From positions 1,302,001 to 1,366,000 of the forward strand of contig OZ024742.1 in assembly GCA_964016885.1 (NCBI GenBank): 64,000 nucleotides of DNA, in the 5' to 3' direction. The first letter of the stretch is position 1. The number at the start of each line of letters is the position of its first letter. The position numbers and the translations under genes were made by a program. Below, piece by piece: positions 43,111-56,400 of the stretch. Below the pieces are notes generated by a model. It searched no databases and was not told the origin of the DNA. It was given only the letters and a program-made list of their open reading frames with translations. Source of the DNA: Eledone cirrhosa. Its lineage: Eukaryota.

Positions 43111-43579
43111 CTTGTGTTGAGCTGGTCATTAATTTATGGTGGTCGTGCGTGGAGTAGAGCAATCGCTAGTTGAAATATTATGAACAAAACATTTTTATTT
43201 GCCGAAGAACATATTTTCAATACTGTTTGTGAATGTGACGAAGGAAATACATTCTGATATGGAACAGTGTACAAAGTGTGTCTGTGAATAACATAATGTT
43301 ACCTCATGTTGTTGTCAAGACATAATGGATTTCGTATATCCAGTTAAAAGATGAAACCTAGCCATCTCGGATTAGTTATATTTCATGCCATGTGTAAACG
43401 TGTTTGAGGATAGCAAAGTATGCGTGTTTCTTGTCTGGAAACTTTCTGCTAAACTGATTGGTTTCGTTTTTGGCACTATACAATACTCATCCAACAGATA
43501 GCTGTATTGGATCCTTGATTGGTTAATATTTAGGTGAGGGTGCTTGATGCAGAGTTAGTGCAAAATGGATCAATGAGTG

Positions 43580-44235
43580 TAATAATAATAATGATAATAA
43601 TAATGAAAATATTGTGTACAATGCTGAGGTACACTACAACTCATCAAAAGTGCATATATAATACATAGGGTAATATAAAAACGTCAGGAAAAAAGAACAG
43701 TGCATGAGTCATGATATACACATATGTGCATGTGTATGGAAGGGGGACATCAGGTGTAGTTTTGGTGTATTTCGGAATGTATGATGGTTTTAAAGGATGC
43801 AGTGTGTCATCAGCTAACAACTGATGCAGGAAGTTTGTTCCATCCTTCAGCAACTCTGAGCATGAAGAAATATTTCCTAAAGTCATGGGAGCTGTGTTGT
43901 TTGCTGACTTTGTAGGCATGTCCACGTGTTAGACACATGGAGATCAAAAAGGTGTTCGGGGTTGTTGTTGGTCGGATGGTTAATAACTTTGTGGGTGTTT
44001 ACCAAGTCCATTGCCAGAGGGAAGCAAAATATTCAGGGTATGGTAGGTGTCTGATGGAGGGTATGCGCTTGGTTGCATGTCTCTGAACAGTTTCCAGGAG
44101 GTCAATGTTCTGAGCAAGATAGGGGTTCCAGACTGATGACGCGAACTCCAAGTGTATTCGTACCATAGATGTATACAGCTTTAAATAGATGGCTGGAGAG
44201 CAGCTAATGAAGGTCTTGCTGATTGATGCCAAGTC
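43580..44235 (-). mobile_element. CR1/L2-group LINE 3' fragment
   Basis: LYTSMVRIHLEFASSVWNPY...LETVQRHATKRI, then NTRGHAYK...FRKYFF...WNKLPASVV; (ATT)n tail at ~43580-43605. Confidence 0.85.
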
Positions 44236-44934
44236 AATCTTAATAAATTGACTGATTTATCTGTTCACTACTGCTAATCCACCGCTGTTTGTACAATTTT
44301 TTAGATAATGTCAATTTGAGCTTGAATCATTGGCGTAATGAAATTTGAAAAGATTATAAGCAAATCTTTTTTAAAATACACAGACATTTAACTGTATCGT
44401 TGCAACATTAGATCTAACAATGGAGCAACATTTGTGCAGAATTATTGTTTGTGCAATAAGATATTTGCAGATCTGTACTTGGTCTGCTCTTTAGCCAACT
44501 CGGTACGTTTAGAAGCTCTACGCTCGGCTTGCTTTTGAGATATAATAGCTGAATTTGCAGATCTATACTTGGCCTGCTTGTTTGCCAACTCATACCGTTT
44601 TGAACATCTATACTTGGCCTGTTTTTGTGTTAATTTAGCAAAATTCACAGCTCTATAATCGGCCTGTTTTTGTCTCAACTTCTCCCGATTCCGCATCCGG
44701 TAAGCTGCTTTCACATCCAATTTAATACGCCCATCTAGATTATTAGCACAGGAATGTGAACAAGCTTGTGGGACCGCATCATTGTAAGTATATGAACTGC
44801 CTGCAACATCAAGACCCAATTCACAAGTGCAGCGTTGCTCATTCACATCGGCAGTGGGGACACCAAAATCAGTGACAGGTCTCGATTCACTCGCGAGATA
44901 CATCACAGCTACACTATATATTTAAACATATATA

Positions 44935-44995
44935 CAGTGATACCTCGCTACTTGGCGGTTCAACTATCGCGGATTCACGATTTCGCGCATTTTTA
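44935..44995. mobile_element. Solo Tc1/mariner (pogo/Tigger-like) terminal inverted repeat
   Basis: TA|CAGTGATACCTCGCTACTTGGCGGTTCA...TCGCGGATTCAC; partner end not found. Confidence 0.45.
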
Positions 44996-45195
44996 GAATA
45001 TATACATGAACACCTAAAATTTTTCATTAAATCCATTAAAATATTAATAATAAACACAGTTCTAATCATACGCTATATATATATATATATATAAATATAA
45101 GTAATTAATACCGTATAAATGGTACAAAGACTGTTTATGTAAAATGTATTTCTCAACAGAGTATTGAATACTTAGGAGAAATTCAAAACGAAGAG

Positions 45196-45389
45196 TGATA
45201 ACATTTCAAGCAAAGAGTTTAATTAGGTAATGACTTACAAATTTGTTTCAGTATATAGACAAAGCCTGAAGCGCTAATTATAATAATTAGTTAATAATAT
45301 TACAAAATATATTAATATTATATTAAATATATACTGAAACAAATTTGTAAGTCATTACCTAATTAAACTCTTTGCTTGAAATTTTATCA
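45196..45389. repeat. ~62-bp inverted repeat pair (45196-45257 / 45328-45389)
   Basis: tttcaagcaaagagtttaattaggtaatgacttacaaatttgtttcagtatata and its reverse complement. Confidence 0.9.
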
Positions 45390-45398
45390 TTCTTCGTT

Positions 45399-45570
<172 letters not shown>

Positions 45571-45643
45571 AAGATTTATCTAGTCCTTCGCTCGCTCAAG
45601 ATTAATCTATAAGTTTAGATGTCTGCCTTCGTTTAAGTAAATA

Positions 45644-46468
45644 CTAGCAGTAAAGCCCGGCGTTGCTCGGGGTCGCTCAGTAGCTGTGTTAAAGTTACAA
45701 TGTTAAGTTTCTTTCTTGGCTTAAAAACAGTAGTGTCTACTGTGCAGACTTGCATGTGGTGTTTTTGATTAATATTCCCTCAACCAACAATATGCCTTAT
45801 GAAGTTAAGAAAACATAACGATAACCCGAATGTTATAACAAAAGAGGATGCTGGGGATAGAAACTGCACTGGTTATTTATTAACAAAGATCGAAAATGTA
45901 AACACTGCAACGCAGAGAAAAACATTAGCGTAACCAAATTATCAGTTATGTCTGTCTGCACGCCTATATCACCTCTCTGCACGACTGTCTGTCTGCACGC
46001 GTATATCACCTCTCTGCACGACTGTCTGTCTGCACGCCTAACGACGAAATATTTGCTTGTTTTACGTAGTCTTTAAATAGACTTGTTTTCAAGTAAAAAT
46101 ATCGTTTTAAAATGCTTTTAAATGGAAATGAAGCAAAACGGAAGCTTAGTGTTCGAACTGATGAATTTTGCAGGTCAATATTTTGCTGGCTCGACAACTG
46201 TTAAAGCCAGCGTAATTTTTTACGTAAGACGCTCAATGTAAACAGAACAAAGGGAAATAACTGATCACTTACGCTCAAAAATCGATACATTATATTCGAT
46301 TTCGTCACATAGGGTGGGTCAATTTGAAATTTTTTTTTTTCCGATGTCTTCGCTAGGGCTCAATGTACAAGTATAGCAATTTCGGTGCAATTCCGTGAGA
46401 GATTCTAAGAGGAGATGTGTGCCAAAAATCGATAGACAGACAGACAACCACAGTTTTATATATATAGA
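45644..46468 (-). mobile_element. Non-autonomous Helitron (copy 1)
   Basis: Minus strand starts A|TCTATATATATAAAA and ends with hairpin CCCGAGCAACGCCGGG then CTAG|T; no TSD; 37-bp internal tandem repeat (~2 units). Confidence 0.85.
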
Positions 46469-47559
46469 TAACAGTAAGATTTTTAATATAAACAACTACA
46501 AAAAACAATTAATATTAAAACGAAAAAATTATCAATGATAAAGGAAGCGGATGCAACTTTTTTTTTTATAAAGTTATATTCCTGTTTCTTTAAAGAACAT
46601 TTCATTGTTGTTCTATTGTAGGCGAAATAATGCAATGGTTTAATAGGGAAGATATAACTTACCAATTATGTCTCTAACCGTGTAACGCTTTTTAAGTAGA
46701 TAACTACAATTGAAAATACTAAAGAAATGGAACCAACAATTCAATTTGAAAGTCGTCTACTTATAGTGACAGTGTATTACTGGTACTTTATTTTATCGAC
46801 CCCGTAACGATGAAAGGCAAAAATGCAAATGCTTAAAATTTAAATTGCCTTAATTCTATCGTCTGCTGTTTCATTAAAGGGAGATTCTCGTCTGTATTTA
46901 ATTCTATCGTCTACTGTTCCACTAAACAGATATACCTCCACTATCGTCTCTATTTATACATTTTAACTTATAAGTTATACACATTTGATTTGAAATATTT
47001 TATCTAGTCCCCCCTCTCAATATTATGATGATTTCTTTCGAATGAAACAGTTCTAGTCCTGTAGAAGCCATTTATATATATAATTGAACTGAATTAAAAA
47101 TTCACAATATTTATAATTAAATAAGCTCATATATATATGTGTGTATTTATCTGTTTATTGTATTATATATAATGTGTGTATATACAGGATGTCCCCCAAA
47201 AATATATACACACTTCAACAGCATTCTAATAACTATTGCCTGTACAGGTAATCAAAGTGTCAATCGAATGTTAGTTTCGTGTTTTAACAGTACAAATTTA
47301 CAATACACACATAAAACCAGTGTATATACATACATGAGTGTGTATACACATACATGAATGTGTATATACAATATATATGTATATATATATAGACACATTA
47401 TATTCACGGTGCAACGGAACATTAAAATATAGATGCGGGGAGGGGGGGTATATATATGGGCGCTGGGGATAAAGGAGTGTGAAGCGTAAGTGTGTAATTG
47501 ATATATTGAAGGAGAGGAGCGTGCAGCGATAGAGTAACAAATATATAGAGAGGGGGAGA

Positions 47560-47915
47560 GATGGTATTGAAGAGGAGGAGTGCAAAGCGAAAGAGTAAGA
47601 GAGATATATATAGAGACGGAACAGATAGAGAGAAACAGGCGTAAGTAACAGTGGAAGAGATATATAGAGAGGGGGAAATGTGTTATTGAAGGGGAGGAGT
47701 GTAAAGCGAAAGCGTAAGAGAGATATATATATAGAGACGGAACAGATAGAGAGAAACAGGCGTAAGTAACAGTGGAAGAGATATAGAGAGAGGGGGTAAT
47801 AAATAAATGGAAATATAAGTGTAACAGTATAAGAGATATATAGAGAGGGGGAAATGTGTTATTGAAAGGGAGGAGTGTAAAGCGAAAGCGTAAGATATAT
47901 ATAGAGAGAGGGGGA
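47560..47915. repeat. Purine-rich ~118-bp tandem duplication
   Basis: tattgaag...ggaggagtg...aaagcgaaag.gtaag recurs at ~47564, ~47683 and ~47860. Confidence 0.75.
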
Positions 47916-47918
47916 ATA

Positions 47919-47966
<48 letters not shown>

Positions 47967-48198
47967 ACACTTACTCTGATTGGTTGAAAATTAGCCAATG
48001 ACATACGATCACCACCACCACCACGGCTATCCCCGGAAAATTTATGAAGAAGTTAGGCATATATGTTAGAACACGAAAAGTGAACATTCTGTTGTTTCAC
48101 ACTTTTCGTGTTCTAACAGATTAAAATATAAATTTTTCCTCGTTAACTGCTTATTAAATAAATGGAGCACTGGGCTGAACATAACTAGGTAAAAGAAA

Positions 48199-48870
48199 TA
48201 ATTGTTTCTACTTTTGGCACAAGGCCAGCAAATACCCAGTATATTACTGGTACTTTATTTTATCGACCCCGTAAGGATGAAAGGCAAAGTTAACCTCGGC
48301 GGGATTTGAACTCAGACCGTAAAGGGATGTAACTCTATGCTGGAAAGCATGGCGTCCGACCCTCTACCGATACTGCCAATCCACCGCCCAAGGTAAAAGA
48401 AATAATGGAGATGGATTTTATACAATATATACTTTTAATAATAATTGTTTCTACTATAGGCACAAGGTCAACAATTTTGGGGGAAAGCAAAGTAGATTTA
48501 ATCGACCCCAGTGTGTGACTGGTACTTTATCGACCCCCGTAAGGATGAAAGGCAAAGTTAACCTCAGCAGGATTAGAACTCAGAATGTTAAAGGGCTGTA
48601 ACTATATGCTGCAAAGCATGGCATCCGACCCTCTACCAATACTGCCAATCCAGCGCCCATCACCCTTTTAATAATAATAATAATTTAGGCACAAGGACAG
48701 CAATTTGTGAGAAGGGGAAAGCTGATTATATGAACTCCAGGATTTAACTGGTATTTAATTTTATCAACCCTCAACAGGATGAAAGGCTAAGTTGATGTTG
48801 GCAGGGTTTGAACTGAGAGAAGGCAGAGAGACAGAATACTGTAAAGCATTCTGTCTGACTTTCTAACAAT
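48199..48870 (-). mobile_element. Three adjacent family B SINEs (48199-48390, 48442-48660, 48683-48870)
   Basis: Each has ggcacaagg...ctggta...aggatgaaaggc...tgaact; the first is flanked by the duplication aggtaaaagaaataat (48188 and 48392), a probable TSD. Confidence 0.85.
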
Positions 48871-48912
48871 TATAAAGCTATATATGTAAATAGATACGTG
48901 TGTTTATATATA

Positions 48913-49262
48913 TCATCATCATCACTGTTTTACGTCTGTTCTCCCACGCTAGCATGGGTTAGACGGATTGTCCTGTTATGGGCAGTGTCCAGTCGGCTGA
49001 CCTTGTCCTGCTCATACAGGAACTGATTCTGGCTTGATTTCTACAGCTGGATGGCCTTCCTGAAAACCAACCTCATTTACAGTGAGTGCTGGGTGCTTTT
49101 TACTGTGGTGCCTACACATCCACTTTACAGTGTGGGCTGGGTGCTTTTTTTCCGTGGCACCTCCACGACCACTTTGCAGTGGGAGGAGGTGGGGGCATAT
49201 TGTCTATATGCTTCAGCTTGTACCTGTGAGAAGTCGGGTCTTCTGTATTACTGCGTGACGCA
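48913..49262 (-). mobile_element. RTE-type 3' UTR fragment
   Basis: Homologous to 60156-60560; (CAT)n on the + strand marks the tail. Confidence 0.8.
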
Positions 49263-49270
49263 GTGTGTTC

Positions 49271-49314
<44 letters not shown>

Positions 49315-49365
49315 GTGGTTACACAACAGTTAGTTCACCATACCGAGAACAATTGTTTCACCTCG

Positions 49366-49408
49366 TACGAGCTGAGGATCCGCTAAGGTGAAACAATTGT
49401 GCTCGGTA
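49366..49408 (+). ncRNA. Degenerate type I hammerhead ribozyme core in a (TA)n-flanked Penelope-like fragment
   Basis: gag-CTGAGGA-tccgctaaggt-GAAA-CAATTG-TG-ctc; the inverted copy upstream preserves GAAA-CAATTG-TT-ctc. Confidence 0.55.
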
Positions 49409-49515
49409 TGGTGAACTAACTGTTGTGAAACCATTTCTACCTAACTCGTCCCATGGACTGAGTGCTCTACCACTACGGATATTACCTTCCAGTGTTCCAC
49501 CACTATATATATATA

Positions 49516-51115
49516 CAGTGCCCCGCAAAAGTTTTCAACACATTAGGAAAAATGCAGTTTTAGGTATTTTTAATAAAGTTAGGGTAATGAAAATTTAACT
49601 ACTGATAGAACATATGAGGCATTTAATGATACAATCATATTTTTAAAAAAAATAACAAGGAAATAACACATGAAGAAAAATCAATATTTTTATAACGCAA
49701 AAGTTTACAATACATTTTATATTTATCGCTTTTTTTTCAAGAAAATTCTTAAATTTTCAGATTTAAAATTCAGTAGAATGTTCTAGATTAGGTTTAAGGT
49801 AACTTCTAAGGACTATTAAAAACATTACATCATTATTTGTCTGACAACCATCCTGTAAACATTGACAACCGTCCTGTAAACATGGACAATATGGGGAAAA
49901 ATAAACTGATTGATCAAGACCTCTGTAAACGCATTGTAGACCTTCATACAAATGGTGTTGGTTATAGAAAGATATCTTGTCAGTTAAATGTGCCATTAAG
50001 TTCAGTTGGTACAATAATTCGTCACTGGAAATCTCATCATTCCATCTGTCCTCTAATTAGTTCTGGTTGTCCTAGAAAGATAACGGAACGTGCAGCTCGG
50101 TTATTGACGAGAAAGGTTGGCAACGAACCCCAGTGTACCCATAAAAATCTTCAGGATGACCTAGAAGAAAGTGGAGTAAAAGTGAGCACAGATACAATTA
50201 GTCGTTCACTTCGTCCATATAATATCTTCTCGAGGTCTCCAAGGAAAACACCACTTCTTACGAGGAAACACGTTCTTCGTTGATTAAACTTTGCAAATGA
50301 GCATCTCATCAAACCTGCGTCATTTTGGGAAGATGTACTTTGGTCGGACGAAACAAAAATTGAACATTTTGGTCGAAATGCTGTGGCAAAAGTCTGGAGA
50401 AAGAAAGGTACTGAATATTCGCTGAAGAATACTATTCCAACTGTAAAATTTGGAGGTGGATCAATCATGGTCTGGGGTTGCTTTAGTGCCACAGGAGTAG
50501 GAAATATTGAAATAATAGAAGGAAGAATGGGTGGCACTTATTATAGAGGTATTTTCCAAAGGAATTTACATCAAAGTGCACATTCTCTCAGATTAAAGCC
50601 AGGTTGTTTTTTTCAACAAGATAACAATCCAAAGCATACTGCAAAGCTAACACAATCTTGGTTAAGTACGAATGGAATAAATGTTCTAAAATGACCATGT
50701 CAGTCTCCAGATCTTAACCCGATCGAAAATTTGTGGAGAGAATTCAAAAAAGGAAACCCCAAAATATCCCTGAACTAAAGAAAATTTGTTGTGAAGAATG
50801 GATAAATATTAGCCAAGAAACATGCAAGAAGTTTGTAGGAGGCTACTCCAAACGCCCTACAGGCTGTAATTAGCAACAAAGGTTACGCTACCAAATATTA
50901 AGAGATGATTTAATAAATGTGTTGTAAACTTTTGCATTATAAAAATATTGATTTTTCTTCATGAGTTATTTCCTTGTTATTTTTTTAAAACTATGATTGT
51001 ATCATTAAATGCCTCATTATATGTTCTATCGGTAGTTAAATTTTCATTACTCTAACTTTATTAAAAATACCTAAAACCGCATTTTTCCTAATGTGTTGTA
51101 AACTTTTGCGGGGCA

Positions 51116-51118
<3 letters not shown>
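49516..51118 (+). mobile_element. Full-length Tc1-family DNA transposon (IR/DR type), decayed
   Basis: TA|CAGTGCCCCGCAAAAG...CTTTTGCGGGGCACTG|TA; ~200-bp TIRs with an inner direct repeat gcaaaagtttacaa.acattt; 1603 bp. Confidence 0.97.
49891..50901 (+). pseudogene. Tc1 DD34E transposase pseudogene
   Basis: MGKNKLIDQD...GCPRKIT...WSDETK...WGCF...QQDNNPKH-...-SPDLNPIEN (34 residues between D and E)...GYATKY. In-frame stops at 50281 and 50692 and a frameshift/deletion near 50750. Confidence 0.95.
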
Positions 51119-51158
<40 letters not shown>

Positions 51159-51180
51159 TATACACATATTTATATATATT

Positions 51181-52201
51181 CTAGCAGTAAAGCCCGGCGT
51201 TGCTCGGGGTCGCTCAGTAGCTGTGTTAAAGTTACAATGTTAAGTTTCTTTTTTGGCTTAAAAACTGTAGTGTCTACTGTGCAGACTTGCATGTGGTGTT
51301 TTTGATTAATATTCCCTCAACCAACAATATGCCTTATGAAGTTAAGAAAACATAACGATAACCCGAACGTTATAACAAAAGAGGATGCTGGGGATAAAAA
51401 CTGCACTGGTTATTTATTAACAAAGATCGAAAATGTAAACACTGCAACGCAGAGAAAAACATTAGCGTAACCAAATTATCAGTTATGTCTGTCTGCACGC
51501 CTATATCACCTCTCTGCACGACTGTCTGTCTGCACGCCTATATCACCTCTCTGCACGACTGTCTGTCTGCACGTTTATATCACCTCTCTGCACGACTGTC
51601 TGTCTGCACGCCTATATCACCTCTCTGCACGACTGTCTGTCGGCACGCCTATATCACCTCTCTGCACGACTATCTGTCTGCACGCCTATATCACCTCTCT
51701 GCACGACTATCTGTCTGCACGCCTATATCACCTCTCTGCACGACTGTCTGTCTGCACGCCTCACGAAATTTACAGATACATATATTTTAAATAAACTTAT
51801 ATAATTTTTGCTTTTTTTTACAAAATATTTGCTTGTTTTACGTAGTCTTTAAATAGACTTGTTTTCAAGTAAAAATATTGTTTTAAAAGGCTTGTTCGTG
51901 TATTGTGTTAATGTCATTTTAAACGCTGAGAAAGCCAGCGTAATTTTTTTAATTTTTGCACGCAGACGCTCAATGTAAACAGAACAAAGGGAAATAACTG
52001 ATCACTTACGCTCAAAAATCGATACATTATATTCGATTTCGTCACATAGGGCGGGTCAATTTGAAAATTTTTTTTGTCCGATGTCTTCGCTAGGGCTCAA
52101 TGTACAAGTCTAGCAATTTCGGTGCAATTCCGTGAGAGATTCTAAGAGGAGATGTGTGCCAAAAATCGATAGACAGACAACCACAGTTTTATATATATAG
52201 A
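51181..52201 (-). mobile_element. Non-autonomous Helitron (copy 2)
   Basis: Same TC start and hairpin+CTAG end as copy 1; 37-bp internal repeat expanded to ~7 units (51488-51760). Confidence 0.85.
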
Positions 52202-52464
52202 TGTCTATATCTTTATATCTGTAAGCATAGATATGCATATATACATACACAGCCCCATATCCACACAGTTCAGTTTATGCTACTAAATTACCTTTATAAT
52301 CATACATCCGACCATCCGACACCCCAAAAACTTGTTACAAATAAAAATCAATATTTTTCTAATTTCCTTTCATTTCATTTATTTGTTTGTTGTCACTTTT
52401 TATTTTCAAAATATCTCTAAAGTTAAATTTTCAATAAAATGCCTCAGAAAAAAATAAAAATATA

Positions 52465-52803
52465 TCATCATCATCATTATTTTACGTCCGCTTTTTCCCT
52501 GCTTGCAAGGGTGGGACGGTAACTGATTCTGGCTTGATTTCTACAGCCGGATGCCCTTCCTAACACCAACCTCATTTACAGTGAGTGCTGGGTGCTTTTT
52601 TTAAGTGGCGCCTACACGTCCACTTTGCAGTGGAATGATAGGGACCCCAGTCGCTATCATCTCATTTCTACAGCTGAGTAAACTGGAGCAATGTGAAATA
52701 AAGTCTCTTGCTCAAGGAAACAACACATTACCCGGTCTGAGAATTGAACTCACAACCTTTCGATTGCAAGGCCAATGCTCTAACCACTAAGCCATGCGCC
52801 TTC
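52465..52803 (-). mobile_element. Complete family A SINE
   Basis: Reverse complement of 60995-61340 from the tRNA-like head to the (GAT)n tail. Confidence 0.9.
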
Positions 52804-52902
52804 ATATATATATATATATATATAATAGGGAAGGTGAATGTAAATGATGATATATATATATATATATCATCATTTAACATTCACCTTATATATATTTATT
52901 TG

Positions 52903-53395
52903 TAAAGCACTATATCGGCTTTTGTTGATCTGGGGAAGGCCTTTAACAGAGTACCAAGATCTGTCATCTGGTGGTCCTGAAAGAAACTAGGTCTAGAAGA
53001 ATGGCTTGTAAGATCATGCAAGTCATCTATAGAGAAGCTGTCAGTATGAATGACGCACGTGTGTGTATATGTGTGTGTGTGTGTGTCTTAAAGCAATGAA
53101 AAAGTTTAAAAAACAATTGCAAATGTGGAAATACAACTTAGAATGAAACAGACTTAAAGTTAGCAAAGACTAAAGTAAGATTAGTAAGACTAAAGTAAGA
53201 TTAAAGACTATTAGTAAATTGGAAAGAAGACAGGACACCAGTCCCAACAGGAAAGTGGCCCTAATGGGACTGGAGTCTCTTTAGAGAAGTGGCCCAGATT
53301 AGTATGTAGAAAAAGTGTAGATAGGAACTGTGTACACACAAGAGGTGTAGTGGGAGTGTAGGCAAACAAAGAGGTAGACTGTATGTAGATGCACC
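52903..53395 (+). mobile_element. Old, heavily decayed RTE RT fragment
   Basis: AFVDLGKAFNRVPRSVIWWS*KKLGLEEWLVR and later GKWP remnants matching copies 1 and 2. Confidence 0.7.
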
Positions 53396-53434
53396 AGAGT
53401 TGTTAGAAGTAAACTTTGGACAAGGTTCCAGTCT

Positions 53435-56400
53435 ACTACTGGGGTTAACCCAATAGCTACTATAGGGTTTATCCCCCAGCTGTTACTGGGTTAAACCCCC
53501 AGTTACTAGAGGCTTAAACCCCCAGCTACTACTGGGTTAAACCCCCAGTTGCTATAGGGATAAACCCCCAGCTGCTACAATGTTAAACCACCAGCTGCTA
53601 CAGCATTAAACCCCAGCTTTTACAGGGTTAAACCCCCAGCTACTACATGGTTAAACCCCCCGCTACTGCAGGGTTAAACCCCAGCTACTACTGGGTTAAA
53701 CCTCCAACTGTTACAGGGTGAAACTCCAGCTACTACAAGGTCAAACTCCCAGCTCCTACAGGGTTAAACCCCAGCTACTACTGGGTTAAACCCCCAGCTG
53801 TTACAGGGTTAAACCCCCCAGCTGTTACAGGGTTAAACCCCCAGCTGTTACAGAGTGAAACTCCAGCTACAAGGTTAAACCCCCAGCTCCTACAGGGTTA
53901 AACCCCAGCTGTTATAGGGTTAAACCCCCAGCTACTACTGGGTTAAACCCCCATCTGTTACAGGGTTAAACCCCCAGCTGCTACTGGGTTAAACCCCCAT
54001 CTGTTACAGGGTTAAACCCCCAGCTGCTACAGGCTTAAACCCCCAGCTGCTACAGGGATAAACCCCCAGCTGCTACAGGGATAAACCCCCAGCTGCTACA
54101 GGGTTAAACCCCCAGCTGCTATAGGGATAAACCCCCAGCTGCTACAACGTTAAACCCCCAGCTGCTACAACGTTAAACCCCCAGCTGCTACAGGGTTAAA
54201 CCCCCAGCTGCTACAGGGTTAAACCCCCAGCTGCTACAGGGTTAAACCCCCAGCTGCTACAACGTTAAACCCCCAGCTGCTACAGCATTAAACCCCAGCT
54301 TTTACAGTGTTAAACCCCCAGCTAGTCCTGGGTTAACCCCCTCCCCACTACTACAGGGTTAAACCCCCCCCATACTACTGGGTTAAACCCCCAGCTGTTA
54401 CAGGGTTAAACCCCCAGCTACTACAGGGTTAAACCCCCAGCTGCTACAGGGTTAAACCCCCAGCTGCTATAGGGATAAACCCCCAGCTGCTACAGGGTTA
54501 AACTCCTAGCTACTACAAGGTTAAACTCCTAGCTACTACAGGGTTAAACCCCCAGCTACTACTGGGTTAAACCCCCAGCTACTACTGGGTTAAACCCCCA
54601 GCTACTACTGGGTTAAACCGCCAGCTGCTACTGGGTTAAACCTCCAGCTGTTACAGGGTGAAACCTCAGCTACTACTGGGTTAAACACCCAGCTGTTACA
54701 GGGTTAAACCCCCAGCTGTTACAGGGTTAAACCCCCAGCTGTTACAGGGTTAAACCCCCAGCTGTTACAGGGTTAAACCCCCCGCTGCTACAGGGTTAAA
54801 CCCCAGCTGTTATAGGGTTAAACCCCCAGCTACTACTGGGTTAAACCCCCAGCTGTTACAGGGTTAAACACCCAGCTGCTACAGAGTTAAACCCCCAGCT
54901 GCTACAGGGTTACACCCCCAGCTCCTACAGGGTTACACCCCCAGCTGCTATAGGGATAAAACCCCAGCTGCTATAGGGATAAACCCCCAGCTGCTATAGG
55001 GATAAACCCCCAGCTGCTACAACGTTAAACCCCCAGCTGTTACAGGGTTAAACACCCAGCTGCTATAGGGATAAACCACCAGCTGCTACAGCATTAAACC
55101 CCAGCTTTTACAGTGTTAAACCCCCAGCTACTACTGGGTTAACACCCCAGCTAGTCCTGGGTAAACCCCCCCCCCCCCCCACTACTACAGGGTTAAAGCC
55201 CCCCATACTACTGGGTTAAACCCCCAGCTGTTACATGGTTAAACCCCCAGCTACTAGAGGGTTAAACGCCCAGCTGCTACAGGGTTAAACCTCCAGCTGC
55301 TACAGGGTTAAACCCCCAGCTGCTATAGGGTTAAACCCCCAGCTGCTATAGGGATAAACCCCCAGCTGCTACAACGTTAAACCCCCACCTGCTACAGGGT
55401 TAAACACCCAGCTGCTGTAGGGATAAACCCCCAGCTACTACAACGTTAAACCCCAGCTTTTACAGTGTTAAACTCCCAGCTACTACTGGGTTAACACCCC
55501 AGCTAGTACTGGGTTAAACCCCCCCCCACTACTACTGGGTTAAACCCCCAGCTGCTACAACGTTAAACCCCCAGTTGCTACAATGTTAAACCCCCAGCTA
55601 GTACAGGGTTAAACCCCCAACTGCTACAGGGTTAAACCCCCCGCTGCTACAGTGTTAAACCCCCCGCTGCTACAGGGTTAAACCCCCAGTTGCTACAGGG
55701 TTAAACCCCTAGCTGCTACAGGGTTAAACCCCTAGCTGCTACAGGGTTAAACCCCCAGCTGCTACAGGGTTAAACCCCCAGCTGATACAGGGTTAAACCC
55801 CCAGCTGCTACAGGGATAAACTCCTAGCTGCTACAACGTTAAACCTCAGCTTTTACAGTGTTAAACTCCCAGCTACTACTGGGTTAACACCCCAGCTAGT
55901 ACTGGGTTAACCCCCCCCCCCCCCATACTACTAGAGGGTTAAACCCCCAGCTACTAGAGGGTTAAACCCCCAGCTAGTACAGGGTTAAACCCCCAGCTAC
56001 TACAGGGTTAAACCCCCCGCTACTACAGGGTTAAACCCCCAGCAGTTACAGGATTAAACCCCCAGCTGATATAGGGATAAACCCCCAGCTGCTATAGGGA
56101 TAAACCCCAGCTGCTATAGGGATAAACCCCCAGCTACTACTGGGTTAAACCCCCAGCTACTAATGGGTTAAACCCCCAGCTACTACTGGGTTAAACCCCC
56201 AGCTGCTACTGGGTTAAACCTCCAGCTGTTACAGGGTGAAACTCCAGCTACTACAAGGTTAAACCCCCAGCTACTACTGGGTTAAACCCCCAGCTGCTAC
56301 AGGGATAAACCCCCAGCTGCTACAGGGATAAACCCCAGCTGCTATAGGGATAAACCCCCAGCTGCTATAGGGATAAACCCCCAGCTGCTACAGCGTTAAA

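Noticed and set aside
47172-47215. Mariner-like TIR (TA-CAGGATGTCCCCCAAAAATATATACAC)
   Set aside because: No partner end or transposase found; too short to support.
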